Assembly: GCA_022826195.1 (NCBI GenBank)
Contig: JAJDVI010000076.1
Span: forward strand, 85,971-149,970
Length of the DNA: 64,000 bases
Origin: Acidobacteriota bacterium
Lineage (GTDB): Bacteria; Acidobacteriota; Vicinamibacteria; Marinacidobacterales; Marinacidobacteraceae
Direction of reading: 5' to 3'
A program made the translations under genes and the position numbers. Below are positions 58,001 through 64,000 of the stretch, in pieces. Every line of letters begins with the position of its first letter. The first letter of the stretch is position 1. The notes beneath the pieces were generated by a model that searched no databases, had not been told where the DNA came from, and worked only from the letters and a program-made list of their open reading frames with translations.

Positions 58001-58291
58001 CCGGACGACCGCCGCGAGCCTCGCCGCCGGGGTGAGCGCCCGGAGCCGGCGCGCCGCCAGTTCGGAGCGCGCGAGGTGCTGGGCGAGGACGGACAGGCCG
58101 AAGCGGAAGGCGCCGAGGAGCGCGCCGGAAGGGCCTCCCGTCTCCGCCACTTCGTGGACCATCCGGTCGGCGGCGTGGCGGCCGGCCGCGACGACGAGGA
58201 ACGGCTGCTTCGTGCCGAGCTTCTGGAGAAACCGGCGGGCCGCCGCGATGCGCACCGCCGCCCGCGGACTCTGGACGAATCGCCTGGGCAC
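55085..58291 (-). CDS. addB: AddB-like inactivated helicase + PD-(D/E)xK nuclease with Fe-S staple
   Basis: FSATGLEAFAACPYQFF, GSIDVVE, DYKTG, LQP.LY, CDYCDY..VC; GTG 58291 7 nt after TATAGT. Confidence 0.85.
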   Translation of the reverse strand: MPRRFVQSPRAAVRIAAARRFLQKLGTKQPFLVVAAGRHAADRMVHEVAETGGPSGALLGAFRFGLSVLAQHLARSELAARRLRALTPAARLAAVVRVIHRARRQGALGRFREAAEGPGLAVRLAATFDELRLAGVGAERVAGRDDCLGALYHAYLETLTEVGLADRAETFAAATRRIERGAVPPAGLPLLLLDVALWGAAARRFAGALSGAAPEVFLTLPEGDTATEQAALALGAEPLPATAGGSEDAPPDDAVASAQRHLFATRRPDPDRERHGLSVIAAPGTAAEAIEHARAFLAEAGEGVRFDRMAVLLPEPAAQASAFQEAFERAGIPAFFDAGARRPHPAGRAFLVLLDCAREGLSATRFAEYLSLGETPSARAGLPGAGAEGEAALEVPGFVAPRRWERLILDSEVIGGLDRWERRLARFADRLRQDEEAEEDEARREHLRSRQRDLRRLTETALPILRRLAALPSPHASYSEWMRHLEGLARAALLHPQGVIDCLAETDPMRDVSEVTLDEVRESLAGRLAEVVTRSRGSRYGRVWVGPIDAARGLAFEVVAVPGLSERAFPRVLREDPMLLDRERAALSSDLPVRSDLAERERLRLRIGIGAATRRLTLSYSSLNLVEGRPQVPSYYLAEAFRAGLGKIPTLAEIRAQAGRESKVVRGIRAPRDASLAIDRREFDLAQVAAALGRPGARAGDPGTAAYLLSDPALARALRQEYMRQQWKWQSPDGFLNPNPAALEALERHRPGNRSFSATGLEAFAACPYQFFLKNLVRLRPVERPEALVHLDPLTRGSLLHDVFFHLGREFRKRELAPLREERLDEAFELLAEIFQRVEAEVRERVAPAIERIWRDQMDGLLGDLRGFLQRYAETGRVPLANELTFGMGARQPADPASRTEAAVLPGGLRLHGSIDVVERLPDGTVQITDYKTGRASIETTDTQRILFGGRALQPLLYALAYEALSGSPAATGRLYYATIRGAYLETVVDAASEHSRTVFESFVGGLDRAVQDGRFPALPNPGVTYRVCDYCDYLPVCGPRPAGYARTKARAGFAAALDDVVGVRSLP

Positions 58292-58357
58292 CGTTCCCAC
58301 TATAGGACCGACACACGACAGATCCTGTCGGGGAAGCGGGCGCCGCCCCCGGAACGG

Positions 58358-59572
58358 CTACCAGGTCTGGGTTTCGTCGGAATGGAGCTTGGGGGGCAGG
58401 CGGTACGAGATCAGGGGATCGCGCAGTTGCGAGTTGTCCACGAGCGCGGTGAAGCGGTCCACCTTCGCCTTCGCCTCCCAGCGCGGCACCAGGCTGCGCA
58501 ACCGCCTCGCCAGGCGGCGCTTCGTCCGCAGGTAGAAGAGCAGGCCCCGGGTGGACTGGGGCGGGTAGTTGAGCTTGTCCGCCAGTTCGTCGCCGATCAG
58601 GGCGCGGGACACGCGGTACACGTAGTTGGCGAGATGCTGGCGCTCGGTGGGCTTCCGGATGCCGATCACGACGGGTGCGGAGTTGACCAGGGCGTTCGCC
58701 ATCACGATGCCCTCGATCGTCGGCCGCGGCTCGCAGGCGATGGCCACCCGGCAGAGTTCGAGCGCTTCCGCCTCGCTCCGGAACAGGATGGATTCCGGAA
58801 CGCCCATCAGGTGCGCCGAATAGCGCCAGATCTGGACGAAGGCTTCGCTCTCCTCCGCCGTCGGCTCGGCGCCGAGCCGCTTCGCCGCCTCGATCACCCG
58901 CGCCGAGAAGTTGGCGGCGGCGAGCGAGACGTGCGCGATGTGGATCGGCGTCCCGACCTCCTCCTCGTCCCACTCGTCGGATCTCCGGAGGTGATACCGC
59001 ACCTGGGCGTGGATGAGCCGGATCCTCACGCTCAGCTTCCAGCCCTCGCCCTGCCGCTCGAGGCCCCCCGGGATCATGATCTCGATGAGCTGGCGGATGT
59101 TCTGGCGGAGCCGGCGGACCCCGTGGTCCGTCAGCCTCCCGGTGGTGAAGAACGACTTGCTGATGAGGGTGGTGAAACCCCAGACGATGCTCGAGCCGAC
59201 CAGCGCCTGGACGTAGAGGTCCGAATCGGCGTGGAACGCCCGGCAGCCGGGATAGACGGCCTTCGAATCGAACCAGTCCGGTTGGACGGAACTGGACTCG
59301 ATGAGTTCCCTGAGTTCCGCGGGCGCGTCCCGGAAGCCGGCCGCGTCCTCCTCCATCCCCGCCGTGATGATCTCGTGGATCCGTCTCTGGGGCAGGCCCA
59401 CCATGGACTCGATCGCCGCATCGGCGAGCGGGTCCCCCTTCGTGGTGTGCTCGATGTAGCGGTGCGCCAGCTCCGGATCGTTCCAGCGCGCCCTCCCGTA
59501 CCCGGTGCGGTACGCGGTCGGGACAAAGACCTCCGGAGGTTGCGGCGCGGGTCGCTCTTGGCGCGTGGACAT
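58358..59572 (-). CDS. DUF2236/MpaB-like (rubber oxygenase fold) protein
   Basis: GDPLAD, RRLRQN, VRIRLIHAQVR, WRYSAHLMGVP. Confidence 0.8.
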   Translation of the reverse strand: MSTRQERPAPQPPEVFVPTAYRTGYGRARWNDPELAHRYIEHTTKGDPLADAAIESMVGLPQRRIHEIITAGMEEDAAGFRDAPAELRELIESSSVQPDWFDSKAVYPGCRAFHADSDLYVQALVGSSIVWGFTTLISKSFFTTGRLTDHGVRRLRQNIRQLIEIMIPGGLERQGEGWKLSVRIRLIHAQVRYHLRRSDEWDEEEVGTPIHIAHVSLAAANFSARVIEAAKRLGAEPTAEESEAFVQIWRYSAHLMGVPESILFRSEAEALELCRVAIACEPRPTIEGIVMANALVNSAPVVIGIRKPTERQHLANYVYRVSRALIGDELADKLNYPPQSTRGLLFYLRTKRRLARRLRSLVPRWEAKAKVDRFTALVDNSQLRDPLISYRLPPKLHSDETQTW

Positions 59573-59577
59573 GCAAT

Positions 59578-59628
59578 ACCGACCGAACCGACCGAACCCA
59601 CCAAACCGATCGAACCGACCGACAAACG
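59578..59628. repeat. Imperfect 9-bp tandem repeat (GACCGAACC) upstream of MpaB-like gene
   Basis: About five degenerate units: GACCGAACC GACCGAACC CACCAAACC GATCGAACC GACCGACAA. Confidence 0.6.
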
Positions 59629-59723
59629 GAGCGAACTGTACCGCCTGACGCGTTCCTGCCGTAACCCCGGCGGTGGTCGGGCCGGGCCGGGCCGGGATCG
59701 GGCGGGCTTTCCCGGGCCGGGCG

Positions 59724-62700
59724 CTATCTCCGGCCCCGCAGCAACAGGGCGGCGTCGTCCCCGAGGCTGTAGAGGGCCGGCACGATGAGCAGGGTGACGA
59801 GGGTGGCGAACGCGACCCCGAAGGCGAGCGAAGCGGCCATCGGAATGAGGAACTGCGCCTGGATGCTGCGCTCGGCCATCAGCGGGGCGAGCCCGGCGCA
59901 GGTGGTCACCGAGGTGAGGATGATGGGCCGGAAACGGAGCGGTCCGGCCGCGAGGACCGCCTCCCGGGTGGGCATCCCGGCGCGGCGCTCCCGGTTGATG
60001 AAATCCAGCAGCACCAGGGCGTCGTTCACCACGATCCCGACGAGCGGCACCATGCCGAAGAAGCTGGGAATCGAGAACGGCACCCCCATGATCAGGTGGC
60101 CGAAAATGGCCCCCGCGAGTCCGAAGGGCACCGCCGCCATGATCACGAAGGGTTGTGTCCATGAGGAGAGCGGCACCGCGAGCAGCGCGTAGATGAGGAT
60201 GAGCGCCAGCAGCACGTTCTGCTGGAGAGCCTCCAGGGTCTCCGCCTGATCGCCCGCCAGCCCGACGACGTCGAATCGCAGGCCGGGATGCTCGTCCGTG
60301 AGATCGGGAAGCACCCGCGCCTGGACGTCGGCCAGCACCGCCCCGGCGGAGGCGACCCGGGGATCCACGTTCGTGTGGACGGTGACGGCCCGCGCGCCGT
60401 CCACGCGCCGGATTGCCGCCAGTTTCTCCGCGCGGGCGAGTTCGGCGACTTCCCCGATGGGAGCCACCCCGCCGTCCGCGCGCCGGACCCGCATCCCGGT
60501 CACGTCTTCGGGCCGGGTGCGGCCCGATTCCGGGTAGCGCAGGAGCACGCGGATCTCGTCGCGTCCCCGCTGGATCCGCTGCACTTCCTCGCCGTAGAAC
60601 GCCTGGCGCAACTGGCGTCCGAACTCGCCGGCGCCGATCCCGATCCCGGCCCCGCCGGAACGGACGCGCGCCACCAGTTCGGGAGCGCTGCCGTCCCAGT
60701 CGTCCCGCACCGCACTGACTCCCCCGTACTCGCGGAGGAGCGTCTGCAGGCCCGCCGACGCCGCGTGCAACGCCTCCATGTCGTCGCCGCTGATCCGGAT
60801 CGAGATGTCCGCCTCCTCGCCCAGGATCGACGTGAGGACCGTCACCTCGCCGCCGTGCGGCAGCGTGCCGGTGAGGCCGCGCAGCCGGTCTCCGATCCCC
60901 CGGGCGGTGAAGCCGGCCCGCTGCTCGGCGGGAATGAGCTCGAGCACCACCTGGCCGATCGTGGTTCCGGATCCGGCCAGCGCTCCCCCGATGGCCCCTC
61001 CCGGGCCGAAGGGAAGCTGCTGGCCGGAGAGCGCCGTCAGGTTCCGCTGCGGGTCCACGCCGTACTCGGCGCGGACCTCTTCCCGGATCCGGACGATCGC
61101 GGCCTCGACCTCTCCGACGACTTCCGCCGTGGCGGTCGCCGAGGAACCCGGCGGGAGCGAGACCTGCACGGTGATCACGTCGCTGTCGAACGGCGGGGTG
61201 GTCTCCACCGGCACCCAGCCGCCGCCCAGGAGGCCCATGGACAGCGCCAGCGACAGGATCCCGAGGGCCACCGTCGCGAGCCGGTTCCTGAGCGACCAGC
61301 CGAGCGCCGGGCGGTAGAGGACGTCGATGCTCCAGTCGAGCGCGCGCTGGAAACCGGCCCGGATCCGGGCGAGCCGGCGGCTCGGCCGCACCCCGAGCCC
61401 CCCGTGCGCCATGTGGTGGGGAAGGATCCAGGCGGCGTCCACGAGGGAGAAGGCGAGCACCGGGATGACGATGCGGGGCAGGGTGCCCATCAGGTCGCCC
61501 CAGATGCCGGGGAGGCCCAGCAGCGGCCCGAACGCCGCCATCGTGGTCAGGACCCCGAACGAGGCGGGAAACAGGACCTGCCGCACGCCCTTGACGGCCG
61601 CGGCCTCCACCCCGGTCTTCGCGAGGGAGACGTGGCGCTGCACGTTCTCCCCCACGACGATGGCGTCGTCCACCACGATCCCGAGGGTCAGGATGAACCC
61701 GAACAGGCTGAACATGTTCACGGTCACCCCGAGCCCGGGCATCATCAGGAAGGCGCCGAAGAAGGCCACCGGGAGCCCGGCGGCGGTCCAGACCGCGAGC
61801 CGGCTCGACAGGGTGAAGAAGAGAACGAGGAAGATGAGGGCCAGGCCCTGCAGCCCGTTGCGGACGAGGACGTCCATGCGGCTTTCGAAGAGCTGCCAGG
61901 CGTCGAACCAGGGCGTCACGGAGAGCCCCTCCGGCATGGCTCGTTCGATCTCGCGGACTTCGGCGTGCACCGCCTGCGCGGTCTCGAGGAGCCGGGCGCC
62001 GCTCGCGAGCATCACCTCGAGGAGCGCCGCGGGCTCCCCGTTCATGCGCGCCGTCCGCTGGACGTCCGCGAAACCGTCGGTGACGACGGCGACGTCCCCG
62101 ACCGTGACCACGCCGCCGCCGGGCGCGGCGATCAGGGGGATCCGGGCGAAGTCCTCCCCGGTGACCGCTTCCGCCTCGGTGCTGACCCGCAGCTCGCCGC
62201 TGTCGGAACGGATGGAGCCGCCCGGGACGTCCGCCGAACCCCGGCGGATCGCCATCGCGACCTGGTCGAAGGTCAGCCCGAACCGGGTCAGGACGTCTTC
62301 CGAAACCTCGATCGAGATCTCGTAGTCCCTCCCCGAGGCGATCTCCACCGTCGCCACCCCGGGGATGGGGGTGAGCGCGTCCCGGACGCGGTGCGCCGCC
62401 TCGGTGAGGCTCCGTTCGTCGGCGTCCCCGTGGACCGCGATCCGCAGCAGCAGCGGATCCACCCGCACCTCCGCGATCACCGGTTCCTCGGCGTCCGCCG
62501 GCAGGGTCGTGAGGGACTCCACCCGTTCCCGGATCTCGTCGCTCACGCTCCGGAAATCGGCCCAGCGTTCCACCTCGACGGTGAGGACGCCGACCCCCTC
62601 GGTCGCGAGGCCGGCGATCTCCTTCACGCCCGAGACGTCGTCGAGCGTCTCCTCGAGCCCCAGCAGGACGCTGTCCTCGATCACCTCGGCGCCCGCGCCC

Positions 62701-62906
62701 GGGAAAACGGTGGTGACGGTCAGCGCCGAGGACCGCGTCTCGGGGATCATCTCCTGCGGGATGCCCCCGAGGGTGAGCAGCCCGCCCAGCGAGATTCCGA
62801 GCAGCAGCAGGTTGGCGGCCACCCGGTTCCTGACGAACCAGGAGATCACCCCCGGCTCCGGGCGATCGCCCGGTCTGGTGGAGGGCCCCTCCACCCTGGC
62901 GTCCAT
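59724..62906 (-). CDS. RND efflux permease (AcrB family)
   Basis: NRVAANLL, LGIVVDDAIVVGEN, GIVVNDALVL, RFRPIILTSVTT..GL.P, SLAFGVAFAT. Confidence 0.95.
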   Translation of the reverse strand: MDARVEGPSTRPGDRPEPGVISWFVRNRVAANLLLLGISLGGLLTLGGIPQEMIPETRSSALTVTTVFPGAGAEVIEDSVLLGLEETLDDVSGVKEIAGLATEGVGVLTVEVERWADFRSVSDEIRERVESLTTLPADAEEPVIAEVRVDPLLLRIAVHGDADERSLTEAAHRVRDALTPIPGVATVEIASGRDYEISIEVSEDVLTRFGLTFDQVAMAIRRGSADVPGGSIRSDSGELRVSTEAEAVTGEDFARIPLIAAPGGGVVTVGDVAVVTDGFADVQRTARMNGEPAALLEVMLASGARLLETAQAVHAEVREIERAMPEGLSVTPWFDAWQLFESRMDVLVRNGLQGLALIFLVLFFTLSSRLAVWTAAGLPVAFFGAFLMMPGLGVTVNMFSLFGFILTLGIVVDDAIVVGENVQRHVSLAKTGVEAAAVKGVRQVLFPASFGVLTTMAAFGPLLGLPGIWGDLMGTLPRIVIPVLAFSLVDAAWILPHHMAHGGLGVRPSRRLARIRAGFQRALDWSIDVLYRPALGWSLRNRLATVALGILSLALSMGLLGGGWVPVETTPPFDSDVITVQVSLPPGSSATATAEVVGEVEAAIVRIREEVRAEYGVDPQRNLTALSGQQLPFGPGGAIGGALAGSGTTIGQVVLELIPAEQRAGFTARGIGDRLRGLTGTLPHGGEVTVLTSILGEEADISIRISGDDMEALHAASAGLQTLLREYGGVSAVRDDWDGSAPELVARVRSGGAGIGIGAGEFGRQLRQAFYGEEVQRIQRGRDEIRVLLRYPESGRTRPEDVTGMRVRRADGGVAPIGEVAELARAEKLAAIRRVDGARAVTVHTNVDPRVASAGAVLADVQARVLPDLTDEHPGLRFDVVGLAGDQAETLEALQQNVLLALILIYALLAVPLSSWTQPFVIMAAVPFGLAGAIFGHLIMGVPFSIPSFFGMVPLVGIVVNDALVLLDFINRERRAGMPTREAVLAAGPLRFRPIILTSVTTCAGLAPLMAERSIQAQFLIPMAASLAFGVAFATLVTLLIVPALYSLGDDAALLLRGRR

Positions 62907-62913
62907 TTCCGAA

Positions 62914-64000
62914 CTACTCTCCGTCCGTGGTCGCCGCCAGCCGCACGGTCATCCCCTCGGTGACGATCGCCGGCGGGTTCGTCACCACCCGCTCCCCGTC
63001 CTCGAGTCCCGAGCGGACCAGCAGGTCTCCGTCCTCCGTGGACCAGAACGCGTCCACCTCGCGGATCGTGATCCGGCCGACATCGTCCACGACCAGCACC
63101 CGCCCGTCCTCGCGGAACGCGCTGCGGGGCACCGCGGCCACCTCGGGATACTCCCGTCCCTCGATCTCCGCCCGCACGAACATCCCCGCCACCAGCGGCG
63201 GACGGTCTCCGGCTCCCTCGCCGTAGGGGTCCCGGACCTCGATCACCGCCGGGAAGAACCGCGTCGCCGGATCCACCTCGCCCGCCATCCGCACCAGCCG
63301 GCCCTCCCAGCTCCAGGTGGTCGAGGCGAGCGCCGGCCCGAGAACCGCCGTGAGGCGCGCACGCGGCCCCTGGCCGCCGGACGCGCCTCCGAACGGCAGC
63401 TCGATGAGTTCCAGCGCGGCATCCGGCAGCGATACCCGCGTCTCCGCCACGTCCACCGACAGGAGTTCCACGAGCGGCACGCCGGGCGCGGCCCACTCCC
63501 CGACCTCGGCGTTCCGCAAGCCCACGAGGCCGGTATGCGGCGCCCGCACTTCCGTCTTCTCGAGTTCGCTTTCCGCGCGCTTCAGGGATGCCTCGGCCGC
63601 CGCGACCCCGGCGCGCGCCGCCGCGAGCTGCGGCACCCGAAGCGCGAGGGGATCCGGCTCCGTGCCTTCTCCCGTCCATTCTTCCTCCGCGAGCCGGGCC
63701 AGGCCCTCCTCCGACTGCAACTGCAGCCGGGCCTGCGCCACCTGGCTGCGCGCCACCTCCACCGCCTGCTCGTAGGCGAGCGACTCGATCCGGAAGAGGG
63801 CCGCGCCCTCGTCCACCCGCGCCCCGTCCCGGAGGCCGGGAGCCGACCAGACGACCCGGCCCGCGACCTCGGCCGCCACCGTGGTCCGCCGCGACGGGCG
63901 CACGGTCCCGTCCGCGCGCACCGTGACGCGCTGCGGGCCCACCCGGACCGTTGCCGCCCGCACCTCGGGCAGCACGGTTTCGATCTCCTGCGCCTCCGGC
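62914..64000 (-). CDS. RND periplasmic adaptor (MFP), 5' partial
   Basis: VAAEVAGRV, TEVRAPHTG, LVAGMFVRAEI, GLEDGERVV; frame open to window edge. Confidence 0.9.
   Translation of the reverse strand, partial: PEAQEIETVLPEVRAATVRVGPQRVTVRADGTVRPSRRTTVAAEVAGRVVWSAPGLRDGARVDEGAALFRIESLAYEQAVEVARSQVAQARLQLQSEEGLARLAEEEWTGEGTEPDPLALRVPQLAAARAGVAAAEASLKRAESELEKTEVRAPHTGLVGLRNAEVGEWAAPGVPLVELLSVDVAETRVSLPDAALELIELPFGGASGGQGPRARLTAVLGPALASTTWSWEGRLVRMAGEVDPATRFFPAVIEVRDPYGEGAGDRPPLVAGMFVRAEIEGREYPEVAAVPRSAFREDGRVLVVDDVGRITIREVDAFWSTEDGDLLVRSGLEDGERVVTNPPAIVTEGMTVRLAATTDGE

Noticed and set aside
50074-59788. Very long ORFs 50074-54270, 51534-56114 (upstream part) and 55307-59788
   Set aside because: Shadow frames of addA/addB in a GC-rich genome
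1-64000. tRNA, rRNA, integrase or transposase marking island ends
   Set aside because: No cloverleaf, rRNA signature or recombinase motif was recognised by eye; a tRNAscan/Infernal run would confirm

Overview
64 kb of a very GC-rich diderm bacterium. It has TonB receptor, Tat/lipoprotein and BNR/VPS10-type proteins, bshA and AddAB; the gene mix resembles Acidobacteriota or a similar uncultured lineage (inference only). Mostly housekeeping, transport and hydrolase genes: mutL 3' end, bshA, family-5 UDG, MscS, NCS2 permease, two SSS symporters, AmpG, cobO, DapE-like peptidase, addB-addA, RND pump. No rRNA, tRNA, CRISPR, integrase or transposase was seen. Most notable: (1) an AT-richer, translationally coupled two-gene insert (33245-37083) encoding an HTH + variant-PLD(HDR) putative nuclease and a 713-aa motif-less partner, a candidate undescribed defence module; (2) a dispersed REP-like palindrome with about 12 copies, one in-frame inside the AddA nuclease domain and one marking the junction of a 115-bp duplication; (3) three tandem Cys-rich ArsR copies with identical leaderless promoter/operator architecture but no ars cargo genes; (4) an ECF sigma with a SigW/SigX-like self promoter and a ZAS anti-sigma/bactofilin fusion carrying an apparent internal signal peptide; (5) an NCS2 permease with an RsbW-like tail; (6) a YceI + haem-motif beta-barrel + lipoprotein trio; (7) a small-protein/nucleotidyltransferase TA-like pair with a perfect palindromic operator; (8) many genes with a -10 box 6-8 nt before the start codon (leaderless). 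All family assignments are from motif recognition by eye, with no database searches.
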